DNA of 64,000 nt from Vicugna vicugna (taxonomy: Eukaryota): positions 124,001 to 188,000 of the forward strand of contig MU057796.1 in assembly GCA_013265495.1 (NCBI GenBank). Reading direction: 5' to 3'. Shown piece by piece: positions 1 through 10,999 of this stretch (positions within the stretch are counted from its first letter, which is position 1; every line of letters starts with the position of its first letter). The notes under the pieces were generated by a model that was given only the letters and a program-made list of their open reading frames with translations, searched no databases and was not told the origin of the DNA. Both the position numbers and the translations under genes were made by a program.

Positions 1-513
1 CTTTGACCTCTTGGGGGTCTTGTTGGCTGGGGAGAGACTGCCCCTCCCAAGGTAGCTCATTCCTAGAGGAGCAAACAACCCATCTGTTAGCGTTGCCTTT
101 CGTATCCAAAGAAATTAAACCCTGACCCCAATCACCACGTTTACCTAACTCACGTGCACCAAGCCAGTATTTCCCCTGACCCAGACCCAGACCCAGACCC
201 AGGCACTGGACGACTGGAGATCACCCCGTAGCTCTGGGCCCTGAAATTAGTCCAACTGTCTGCTTCTAAACTCACTCGTACTCACCTACCCTGCCTCACC
301 CCTGCCTTCCCGTGAAACCATCCTAAAGACTCGGCTGTGCCCTCTCCCGTGAGCCTCGAGCCTCCTGAGCCACCCTGGGCTCCCCCACGTGGCCTCGTGT
401 GCTGTGGCTCCTCGTGGGAACTGCGTGGAATGGAAGTTCTTTCAAAGGCATGGATGTCTGTGTCCCATCACTCAGTCACCCCCGTAAATTAGATCCCGGG
501 TACATTTAGAACA
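1..513 (+). mobile_element. ERVL-type solo LTR, MER73/MER74-like (5' end cut by window edge)
   Basis: Motifs gactgcccctccca, ttcctagag..agcaaacaac, cctgaaatta, gcctcctga..caccctgg and cactcagtcacc resemble the recalled MER74/MER73 consensus. Contains (GACCCA)4 at 178-201. Confidence 0.6.
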
Positions 514-794
514 AGGGCCATGACTGTCAGCTTCCGAGCACGCAGGGAGCTGGGACCTTGCCGTCTCACTGTAGTAAGCGGGGAGGGGCGGTCGGCCTGC
601 CCACCCCCTTCTCTCCTGGTAGAAACATCCCCCATTTTTCCTGGGGGCACACACCTTCTGTGCCCTTCCTGCAACCTCGCTTTTAAATTTTCCTTCTTTT
701 CAGTGAGTTACTACCCTAGATTAAAAAAAAAATTTTTTTTTTCTGCTGAAATGAAGCAGAATCCTCACTGCCAGCCCCAGAGAGGTTCACCTAC

Positions 795-1257
795 TGGGTT
801 GGTTCCCTATGGCTGCTGTTGACAAATTACCGTGATCTTAGTGGCCGGAAACAGAACAAATGTATGTACTACCTCGCAGGTTCGGGGGGTCAGAAGTCTG
901 AAATCTAGGTGTCGGCAGGGTTTCATCCTTCCAGAGGCTCTAGGGGAGAACGCGTTTCCTCGCCTTCCTAGCGTCTGGAGGCTGCCTGTGTTCCTTGGCT
1001 GGTAGCCCCTTCCTCTGTCTTCAAAGCCAGCAGCGTGGCACGTTCAGATCTCTGACCCTAGTCCTCCTGCCACCCTCTTAAAAGGACAGTTGTGATTACA
1101 TGGTGCCCACTCACATAATCCAGGGTAATCTTTCTGTCTCAAGATCCTTAGCTTCATCACCCCTGCAAAGTCCCTTTGTGATGTAAGAAACAGAGTCACA
1201 GGTTTCAGGGAGTAGAATGTGGGCATTTGGGGAGGGGGCAGTACTCTGCCCACCATA
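795..1257 (-). mobile_element. MaLR LTR, MLT1D-like
   Basis: Typical reverse-strand MLT1 motifs: ggctgctgt..acaaattacc, gtcagaagtctgaaatc, ggctctaggggagaa, gataatccagggtaatct-like, ctgcaaagtcccttt. Confidence 0.8.
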
Positions 1258-2778
1258 CTTCCGGAATGGAGGCCACGTGGCCAGTAGCTGGTGGTGCCAG
1301 GAATGGAACCCAAGACTTTGGACCCTGAGATGCTCATCCTTACTGCTCTGCCACAGCCGCGTCTCCAGGTGGGAGCGGGCGCTGTCATCTGTCCAGCCTC
1401 CCAGGAGAGTGGAGCACTGACTCTCACCCGCCCACGCGGCTGGGGGACGGAGAGGCTCACGCCGCGCCGCGCAGTCAGCCCCGCTCCGCTGGTGACTCAC
1501 GGAGGAAGTGGGGCGATGCATTTAGCTCTGCTTTGGTGGCTTCCTTCAAAGAGGAGTCAAACTTTCCTTCCAGAAAGGTTTGGGCATTTGGCATGGATAG
1601 GAAAATACCATGTTATTTTTCAGAGGAAAATGCCCTGAAGATGTAAGTCATCATCTAATGATCTTATTTAATCAGTCTGACTATGACCTCACATGCGTCC
1701 TGTTTTTCAATGAGCCCTCCCTGTCTGCTTCCAGGCCTGCCCTGGTGCTGGGTGCCTTCCACCCACCACGACGGCCACCCTGGGAGAAAACGACATCGTT
1801 TTTTTCCAGATGGAGAAACTGAGGCACGGTGGGGGTGAGGCTTGCCGATCTTTTGCCCAGAGCCAGCAGCTCATCAGTGGCAAAGGGAGGACTTTAAGCA
1901 TCCAGTTCAGGACTGCGTTCTCCTTTCTGGCCCTTTGTAGTGGGCGATGTGCTGTGTAGCCCCAGGAGGGCTGGGCACACAGTGGGGTCTGAGCATAAAA
2001 AGGCATGTGTTGAAACGGGAACATTCCAGTTCCTTCCTGAGAAGAGCCTTGCTGAGTCCCGAGCGGCTTTGGCACTGCCTTCTGTGGTGACTGCTGGATT
2101 ACTGCCGCCAGCAGGGCCCAGCGACACCCCCACCCGTTCTGGGAAGCCTTCCGTGCCTGCTCGTTCAGGGTGTGGTGCACAGCAGGCCCTGATCAGGTCT
2201 TAATATCTCTTCTCCCTGCTCTGACCTCTTTCTGTTGATACCACTTTCCCAGCACCTGACTATCACTGAGTTTCCAGGCTCATGAACTAGGGAGTTATAT
2301 TTCTGCACGTTTTTGTAATCCTTAAAGTTTGATGTTGTCCATGAGTAAGAAGGTGTATGTCTTCTTCTCTTATGGGAATAAGAGTTTGGAAAGTAGAGGG
2401 GAGACACATGAAGCTGTCAGAAAGCAGCGGGACCAAGGATTCTGAGACCGTAGGTGCCTGGGAATCCACAACAGAGAGTCAGACCCTGGCTTCATACCAG
2501 ATGAGAGGAGCTTGGAGACCAGAGGCCCCTGGTGCGTATCCCACTGCACCACCAAGCCCCTGATCTTGAGGAAAGCAACTTCCTAGGAGGAGAAGACATA
2601 TGGGCAGGGATTTTGAGGATAGGCTTATTTCAGAGAGTGTGTTGATAAAGGTGAGGAATATAAAGGATGACTGGATTTTGGTCAAGGTTTCCTCTGCCTG
2701 TTGGGTGCATCTGGGAGAGATGCTGGGGGTGGGGGTGGGGTGGGGGAAGGGGTGTACAGGTTGGACCCCATCCCCTAC

Positions 2779-2890
2779 CAGATAATGGAGGATCACTTTT
2801 GTGTCTCAGGATCCTTAACTTCATCACCTCTGCAGAGTCCCCTTTGCCATATAGGACAACAAGGACAGGGACATCTTGGAGTGGCAGCAG
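2779..2890 (-). mobile_element. MLT1D/E-like LTR fragment
   Basis: gtctcaggatccttaacttcatcacctctgcagagtccc closely matches 1136-1173 in the upstream MLT1 copy. Confidence 0.65.
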
Positions 2891-3785
2891 TGGTAAAGCT
2901 GAACTGGCTGAACTTTTCTTTCTGCCTGAAGCGATGTTTCTTTAGCTGTACCCAGGGCCCCAGGTGTCCATGACAAAGACTTTGGTGGGAACCAGCGGCC
3001 ACTTTCAAAGTGTTAGGAAGGAGGGCCTATGCAGATTTTAAGATCTGTTTCCCTGGGTGGCAGGTTCTCTTGGGGAGGAAGATGTTTCTGCTGTGAGGCT
3101 CAAGGCGACCCACTGTCAGGCTGGACAGCCTGGGGCCTGCCTCTCCATTCAAGTAGCCAAAAGTCCTCCAAGCGAACTTCTGCAGAAGTTGAAAGCCAGC
3201 TTGCAGCTTTGGTGTTACCTGTCTAGGACATGTGGGACCTCCTTGCCCCTCCCCCTCCCCTTTACCTGGAGGACATTCGCAGCACCTGGCTGGACTTCCG
3301 GTCTTCAGCTTGCAGGTCTGTCTGCTGCCAGACTCACTCCCGGGGAGCAGAGACCTATCTTGATAACCACTGTTGGTAGACCCTGCATGTACCGCTTCAA
3401 AAGGAGATGCTTGGAAGCCTCCAGAGGAGACAGACCACACTATGACCTATCAAAACCCAGTGTCCAGCTTTCCCTAAGCGCCAAATCAGTTGGACAACTC
3501 CAAGTGCCAGGTCCATCCCTCGGCCCGTCACCTACAGGGTCAGTGTCCTCAGAAGCGTCAGTATCTGCCAAGTGCAGAGACAGTGGCCATTCCTCGGGTG
3601 GGCCCTGGAGCAGGGGGCACCTTGTACAGGGAGGTCAGTCTTTGTGTCACGCCTGTTCAGGCGGCACAAGGCAGCCGCACCAAGAGGAGCCAGGCGTCGT
3701 CTTTCCTCGGGAAGCGCTGAGACACCCACCGGCCTCTCTCGAGGACACAGTGGTACCAACAAGGAGAGTTAAGGTGGGGCTGTAT

Positions 3786-4125
3786 TTATCTTAGGGTGGC
3801 TTTTAATTTAGTTTAATCAGAATTACTCATAAATTATTGATTAATTACTATCTGCTGTTGGGTTCAGTCCCCTCCGCCGCACGGAGCCGGCTCCGCTCTG
3901 CGATGGATGCCACCCGCTGTAATCGTGGGGTACTTTGTCAACATTTAATCAGTGGTGCTGATTAACGTGGCATTGATGGGTGGTCGCCGTCCCGGCGCTA
4001 TCCATCACGCGTGAGCCGCGAGGGCGGGCTCGGGCACCGTTGCTCTCTGTCACATTGGCCGGCCCCAGGGCTCTCGGGCCGGCATGCTGCTCACTTTGCG
4101 CTAAGCGGCCACTCTGTCTTTTCAG
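3786..4125 (-). mobile_element. MER121-like ancient conserved repeat in RSU1 last intron
   Basis: The reverse complement reads ...ccaatgtgacag...ggctcacgcgtgatggatagcg...catcaatgccacgttaatcagcaccactgattaaatgttgacaaa...gcagagcggagccggctc...gtaattaatcaataatttatgag..., collinear with the recalled MER121 consensus. Confidence 0.75.
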
Positions 4126-4314
4126 CTCAACCCAATTTTTGTCACTGTCGACTTAAACACTCGGAGCCCATGGAGCTTCAGTCTGGAACGGCTGGGCTGT
4201 GCATTATGGTCCTCCTAGTCCTGGGTCTCTCTTCCTTTGCTCTTTTCATGCAGTGACTGTGCCGATTCCAAGCGACTTGTCCAGAATTGGACTTCATGGC
4301 AGGGAATGAGTGAG

Positions 4315-4317
<3 letters not shown>

Positions 4318-4352
<35 letters not shown>
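4318..4352 (+). repeat. (GT)~17 microsatellite
   Basis: Read directly. Confidence 0.98.
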
Positions 4353-4353
<1 letters not shown>

Positions 4354-4528
4354 CACTTCACAATGACTAAATACAACGTATGCCCCAGAGAAAACAAATG
4401 ATCTTTTGGGTTTTTTTGGCTTCCTGGAAGTTCCTGGAGATGAATCTGTTGATGAAAACTCTACCAGTAGAAGCATTACCTCGTGTTCATCCGGTGGATC
4501 TCACCGTTTCCCCCTTCTCTCTTTTCAG

Positions 4529-4631
4529 CCTCTACGGCAGACACATGCAGGCAAACCCGGAACCGCCGAAGAAAAATAATGACAAATCGAAAAAGATCAG
4601 CCGGAAGCCCTTGACAGCCAAGAACAAATAA
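4529..4631 (+). CDS. RSU1: Ras suppressor protein 1, terminal coding exon (phase-2 entry; (Y)LYGRHMQANPEPPKKNNDKSKKISRKPLTAKNK*)
   Basis: The peptide matches the recalled RSU1 C-terminus YLYGRHMQANPEPPKKNNDKSKKISRKPLAAKNR. Branch-like ctcac at 4500-4504, polypyrimidine tract, AG at 4527-4528, TAA at 4629-4631. RSU1 lying upstream of C1QL3 on the same strand is the known mammalian gene order. Confidence 0.96.
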
Positions 4632-5011
4632 GGGGTGGGCATGGGCTGGACTTCTGATTGCTCTCTCATTATTCCTCCTCTTCTCTCTTGTCCTGTCTCA
4701 CAATTACAATGTGTGTGTGTGCGTTTTGGCTTTTTCTCTTTCTAGTGCTTACCACCTTACCTTTTAAAATTTTTGGCCGGAGGTAGATTTTTTATAAGTT
4801 CTTTAAACCATTTCCATTTGTTTCCTTGGAATTGCCAAAGGCTCTAAATCAGCTGCAAATTCCATCCAAGGCACAGCTTTTAGTTCCTTCCATAGATGTT
4901 CACAGAGTTGCTTATTATGAAAAGAATGATTAAAATCATGTAGTCATTTGAATGTCACAGTTAACACTGTTCACCTTTCTGTTTATTCACATAACTCATT
5001 ATCTTTGCTTT

Positions 5012-5105
5012 ATTAAAAGTCTTCCTTCACCACAGATACTATGTTCACTTACAAATGATTTTAATAAAATCTTGAATTTGTATCACCTGTTGCTTCTTGA
5101 ATAAA
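5012..5105 (+). terminator. RSU1: Candidate proximal RSU1 poly(A) signals (ATTAAA 5012-5017, AATAAA 5063-5068, AATAAA 5100-5105)
   Basis: Hexamers lie 380-470 nt after the stop codon, with T/GT-rich sequence downstream. Confidence 0.55.
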
Positions 5106-6279
5106 AATACAATCTGATCTTGGGGGTATATGCCCATTTTTGTTAATTTTCCTCCACAAACGATCTTGTCCAATTTTATTGGTTGTAGCTGATAAACCCT
5201 GAAACCTTCCATGAAAAATTAAATCAGAGTTAATTTCTTCTCACATCGATTTGTCTTTTTTTTTTTTTCCTTTGAAGACTGTTTCTAAATTAGGAAGGAG
5301 CAGAAAAACAAATCTCTAGGAGATTTTGCCAAAAGATTTTGGAAAGCAGCATTTCTGAGCTGAAGGAATGTGACTTCTGCCAGTGGCTGGTCGACTAGAG
5401 CTATGAAGCTGAGAGAGAAAAATCCTCCAGTATGCTGCTTGTCCCCTGCAGCAAGTCTGCTCGTATCAAACATCCTTTGCAGTGACTTTGATGATGCCAA
5501 AGGAGTTGTGTAAATGTGCACACCCTGCACCACGCCCAGCATAGAAACTGCAGCGGCAGAATCGAGAAAACAGGCAATTGTTTAGCATCTGTGTGAGGCA
5601 GCTCTGTTCTTACCTACAGCTGTATGTATGGAAACGGAAATACATCCAAGCGGAATGTTTGTGCTAAAAAGACTGTCAACCCTGGAGTGTCTTAACAGGT
5701 GTGTGAAAATGTAACACGCTCTCAGCTGGATGGTCTGTATCTGTTCCTGCATCCTCTCTTCTCAGTCTCACAGTTGAAACCCTAAGACCAGGACCACTGG
5801 AACATGTAAAAAAAGGCAGAATCAGAAGACAAAACATCTTGAGTTCCTTAGGAAATAAACTTTGCATTTGAATCAGAGAGGTCACCACTCAATGTCTGCA
5901 CTTCCTGTTTCTGGGTAGCTTCCTGATAAACATGCGCTGTGGGAAGAGGAATCCCCATGTGCCATCACCTATTGGGAGATTGGGTTGATGTAATTTTTCT
6001 AGGTGCAGACTTTGGCTCAGCCTGAGGTTTTATTTAATTGATTTTTTTTTTCTTAGCTTGTGAAATTACAGAAGGAAGAACAATACCTCTGCTGTTGATT
6101 GGAACGATTTCATGTAAAACTAAACTGGCAACAAAGCCTTCGTAAAACTATCACAGTACAGCCTTGTGAATATATTTTCTTAAAGATGAACACTCTAGTT
6201 AGAAATATGGGCAGTGCATATAAATTCACAGGGAGGCAATATCTCCAAGAAACTGGTGATGGGGTGGGAAGCCCAGATT

Positions 6280-6985
6280 ACTAGTAATCAAAAAAATACA
6301 AATCAAAGCAAAGGTAAGACACATGTAGCAATGAGAAATGTGCATATATTTTTTTAAGGTAATATTAAGTGCTGGAGTAGCATGAGACAAACATCCTTAG
6401 ACGCTGGAATTGGGACTATAAACTTCTCTCCAGAAAGGTTGTAGCAATTTGATGATAAGTAGCAAAACTTTCAAATTGTGTTCCCTGACCCAGAATTTTT
6501 ACTTCCAGGAAATTGTCAGAGATTTACACACAGAGCTGCGTTTGAAAAATTTATCTACAGGTTTAAAAACACAATGGAAATGTGGAAAAAAGCTAAATTT
6601 AAATGCCCACCAGAGGAAGAAGGGTTAACTGTGTAACCACATGATATATTTTTATGATGTTGTTTGTTAAAAATTGTTGAACAATATCTAAGGGCAAAGG
6701 AAGATAATCATATTATCCAGTTAAGTAAAAAAGCAAGATACAAAAAACTTACTATACACTGTAACTATACTTCAATTAAAAAAAAAAAACTATATCAGAG
6801 TGGTCCCAATTGTGGAAAAAGGAAATTGTGCTTATAATATGTATGCACAGAAAAACTAGATGTAAATGGAGTGGGACTTTATGGCTGATAAATTATCTCT
6901 GTATGGCAGATTTTTTTTAATTTTCTTTTTTATACTTCTGTTCTTTAAATTGTCTGTAATAAGTATGTATATTTTTGTAATTGGG
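6280..6985 (+). mobile_element. Old degraded L1M (L1MC/ME-like) 3' fragment
   Basis: Weak similarity to old L1 3' ends (tgacccagaatttttacttccagga, aaatgcccacca, gttaagtaaaaaagcaagatacaaa). Confidence 0.5.
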
Positions 6986-7119
6986 AAATATTAAATGCAT
7001 ATCGTTTTAAAAATGGAATTGGCATATTATACAGTCCAGAACATAGGATCGTATATTTAAGTTCAAGGCATAATATAAAATCTCAAGGCGATTTTTTTTT
7101 TTCTTCTTCTTCTTTTGTC

Positions 7120-7125
7120 ATTAAA
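7120..7125 (+). terminator. RSU1: Candidate distal RSU1 poly(A) signal ATTAAA
   Basis: ATTAAA with a U-rich upstream tract and ttgttttggtt downstream, just before the L1 block. Confidence 0.35.
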
Positions 7126-8096
7126 GTGCGTTTTCATGGCTTTTCATCGTACACTTGTTTTGGTTACATAATAGCTGGATTAACAAACTACCCACAGTTC
7201 AAAAAGTAGCTTTTTAAAAAAGTTCTCCCAGTTTTATTGACAAGCATTGTGTACATTTAAGGTATACGTTGTAAATGACTTGACTTACATATATTGTGAC
7301 GTGATGACCACAGTTAGTTTCGTTAACACCCATCACCTCGTATTAATACCTCACCCCCCAAAAAAAGTTTTCTCGTGATGAGACGTCTAAGGATCGTTTT
7401 CTTAACAACTTTTAAAATACACAACAGTGGTTAACTAGTCATCCTGTTGAACCTGATACCCGCAGTACTTACTTTTCTTATAACTGGAAGTTTGTACCTT
7501 TTGACCACCTTCATCTAATTCCTCCACCCCACCCACACTCCCTGCCTCTGGTAACTGCAAATCTGATCTCTTTTCTTATAATTTTGTTTGCTTTGATTTT
7601 GACTTTTTTAGATTCCACAGATAAGTGAGATCATACAGTATTTGTCTTTCTCTGCCTGACTTAATTCACTTAGCATAATATCCTCAGGGTCTACCCTTGT
7701 TACCAGAAATGGCAGGATTTCCTTCTTTTATAGCTGAATAATATTCCACATACATACATACAACACAATTTCATCATCCAGTCATGATGGACACTAATGT
7801 TGTTTCCCTTCTTGGCTGTTGTGAATAATGCTGCTATGAACGTGAGCGTGCAGATAATCTCTCTGACATAGTATTTTCATCTTTTGGATATATTCCCAGA
7901 AACAGAATTACTGGATCATATGGTTAGTTCTATCTTTAATCTTCGTGGAACCTCTGCCGTGTTCTCCATAGTAGCTGCACCAGTTACAGTCCCCACAAAC
8001 GGTGCACCAAGATTCCCTTTTTTCCACATCCTCTGCAGTATTTTTTCTCTTGTCTCTTTGTTGATAGCCATTCTAACCAACATGAGCTGATTGCGT

Positions 8097-8222
8097 GTTT
8101 TTTGGTGGGGAGAGAGGTGGTAATTAGGTTTGTTTATTTATTTTTAGAGGAGGTACTGGGAATTGAACCCAGGACCTCATGCGTGCTAAGCATTCACTCT
8201 ACCACTTGAGCTATACCCTCCC
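8097..8222 (-). mobile_element. Camelid-type tRNA-derived SINE (Vic-1-like)
   Basis: Reverse complement is gggagggtatagctcaagtggtagagtg..ttagcacgcatgaggtcctgggttcaattcccagtacctcc plus an aataaataaacaaacctaattacc tail. A and B boxes present. Confidence 0.9.
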
Positions 8223-10011
8223 ACTTTGATTGTAGTTTTGATTTGCATTTCCCTGATGATACTGAGCACCTTTTCATGTACCTGTTGGCCATTTGTGCAT
8301 CTTCTTTGGAGAAATGTCTATTCGGGTGTTTTGTCCATTGTTGGAGTTATTTGTTTTGTTGCTATTGGCTTGTGTGAGTTCCTTGTATCTTTTGGATGTT
8401 ATCCCCTTGTCAGATATATGATTTGCATTATTTCCCCCATTCCATAGGTTGTCTTTTCATTTTGTTGACGGATGTTTTCTTTGCTGTGTAGAAGCTTTTT
8501 AATTTGTTGTAATGCAACTTGTTTATTGTTTATTTTGTCCCTTGCGCTTTAATTGTCATATCTAAAACGCTCTTGCCAAGACATATTTCATGGAGCTATT
8601 TTCTTGTGTTTTCTTCTAGAAGACTTATGGCTTCTGGTCTTATATTCAAGTTCCTACATTTTGAGATAATTTTTGTGATTGGTATAATTTAGGAGTCTAG
8701 CTTCATTCTTTAACATGTGAATATCAGCTTTCCACTGCACCATTTGTTGAAGAGACTGTCTTTTCTCCACTGAGTATTCTTGGCTCCCTTGTCAAATTTT
8801 AGTTGACTGTATGTGTACGGGTTTATTTCTGGACTCTTGATTTAGTTCCACTGGCCAGTGTGTCTCTTTCTTTGCGATTACCATACTGGTTTAATTTCTA
8901 TAGCTTTATAATGAAGCTTGAATTCAGGAAACGCGGTGCCTCCTTCTTTGTTCTTCTTCCTCAAGACTGCTTTTACTGTTTGGAGTCTTTTGTGGTTCCA
9001 TATATATTTTATGATTGTTTTTCTACTGTTAAAAAAAATAGCCATTGAAATCTTGATATAAATTGCAGTGAATCTATGTATGGCTTTGGTTAATATAGTC
9101 ATTTTAAAGTTAATTCTCCCAGTCTGTTAACACGGGATACCCTTCCATTTTTTTGTGTGTCTTTTTCAATTTCTTTTCGTGTCTTGTTTTCATTGTAGAG
9201 CTGTTTCACTTCAGTTACATTTATGCTAGGCATAATTATTTTATTGCTTTTGATGCTGTTGTAAGTGGGATCATTTTATTTCTTATTTACCTAATTTATT
9301 ATTAATGTGTAGAAATGCTGATTTTTGTACAGTAATTTTATATTCTGCAACTTTACTGAATTCATTAATTAGATCTAACACATTTTGTGGAGTCTTTAGA
9401 ATTTTCTGTACATAAAATCCTGTCATCTGCAAAGACACAGTTTTATTTGTTCCTTTTCAGCTATGATGCCTTTGTTCTTTTTCTTGCCTGATTGCTCTGG
9501 CTAAGACTTCCAGTATTATTTTAATTACAGATGGTGAGAGTGGGCACCTTCCGCCATTGAATGTGATGTTAGCTGTGGGCTTGTCACATACAGTCTTTAT
9601 TATGTTGAAATGTGTTCCTTCTTACCTAAATTTTTGAAGAATTTTATCGTGAATGCTTTTTCTGCATCTGCTAAGTTGATCATATGATTTTTTTCTTTCA
9701 TTCTGTTAATGTGATGTATCACATTTATTGATTTGTGTATGTTGAACTGTTCTTGTATGCCAGAAATGAATCCCACCATGATCATAGTGAATGATCCTTT
9801 TTCAGTGTACCGCTAAATTCTGTTTGCTAACATTTTATTGAGAATATTCACATCTATCTTCACTGGGGATACTGGCCTGCCGTTTTCTTTTCTTGTAGTG
9901 TCCTTTTCAGGGTTTAGTAACAGGGTAATGGTGGCTTCATAAAATGAGTTTGGGAGTATTCCCTCCTCTTTCATTTTTTGGAAGAGTTTTGACAAGGATT
10001 GGTATTAATTC

Positions 10012-10475
10012 ATTTTTATTATTAAAGTATAGTTGATTTGTAAAATTTTATTAGTTTCAGGTTTACAAAACAGTGACTCAATATTTTTATAGATTATACT
10101 CCATTTAAATTAATCATAAAATATTGGCTGTATTCACTGTGTATTCACAATATGTCCTTGTTGCTTATTTATTTTATACATAGTAGCTTGTATCTCTCAA
10201 TCCCTTACCCCTACTTTGCCCCTCCCACCTACCATCCTCACTGGTAACCACTGGTTTGTTCTCTAAACCTGTGAGTCTGTTTGTGAATTTGTTTGTATTT
10301 TGTGATATTCATTTATTTTTTAGATCCCACATATAAATGATAACAGAATATTTGTCTTTCTCTGACTTATTTCACCAAGCATGATACCCCAAAGTTCCAT
10401 TCATGTTGTTGCAAATGGCAAAATTTCGTTCTTTTTGATGGCTCAGTAATATTCCGTTGTACACACGTACCACAT
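10012..10475 (-). mobile_element. Younger artiodactyl-type L1 3' fragment nested in the L1MA
   Basis: L1 3' UTR motifs flanked by a near-identical TSD: ggtattaattc (10001-10011) and ggcgttaattc (10476-10486). Confidence 0.8.
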
Positions 10476-10583
10476 GGCGTTAATTCTTATTTAATTGTTT
10501 GGCCCAATTCAGTGAAGCTGTATAGTCCTGGGCTTTTCTTTGTTGGAAGGTTTCTGATTACTGACGCAATCTCTTTACCAGTA

Positions 10584-10999
10584 CAGTCAGCCCTCCGTAT
10601 CTGTGAACTCCGCATCTATTGCTCAACCAACTGTGGATCAAAAATATTAAAAAAAAAAATTCCAGGGGTTTGGATATAGCTCAAATGGTAGAGTGCACCC
10701 GCAATGCATGAGGTCCTGGGTTCAATCCCCAATACTTCCATTAAAAAAATAATTAAATGAATAGACCTAATTACCCCCCCAAAAAAATTAAAAAATTCCA
10801 GAAAGCTCCAAAAGGCAAAACCTGAATTTGCCACATGCCAGCAAATGACATTTACATTGATGATTTAAATTATATGGGAAGATTGCATAGGTTATATGCA
10901 ACTATTAAGCCATTTGATACAAGGGGCTTGAGCATCTGAGGATTCTGGTATCTGTGTGAGGTCCTGGAACCGATCCCCTGCAGATATTGGAGGATGACT
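10584..10999. mobile_element. MER2-like TcMar-Tigger non-autonomous DNA transposon
   Basis: Begins TA|cagtcagccctccgtatc and ends gatattggaggatgact (imperfect terminal inverted repeats). Internal ataggttatatgcaa and gggcttgagcatc motifs. Confidence 0.8.
10665..10790 (+). mobile_element. Vic-1-like SINE inside the MER2
   Basis: ggatatagctcaaatggtagagtg..gaggtcctgggttcaatcccc. TSD aaaaattcca at 10655-10664 and 10791-10800. Confidence 0.9.

Noticed and set aside
3057..3794. 245-aa + strand ORF in the RSU1 intron
   Set aside because: No recognisable domain, non-ATG start, Ser/Pro/Gly/Leu-rich composition typical of chance ORFs in GC-rich intron.
4380..4528. N-terminal part of the 83-aa ORF 4380-4631
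   Set aside because: It is intron sequence that happens to be in frame; RSU1 similarity begins only after the acceptor at 4528.
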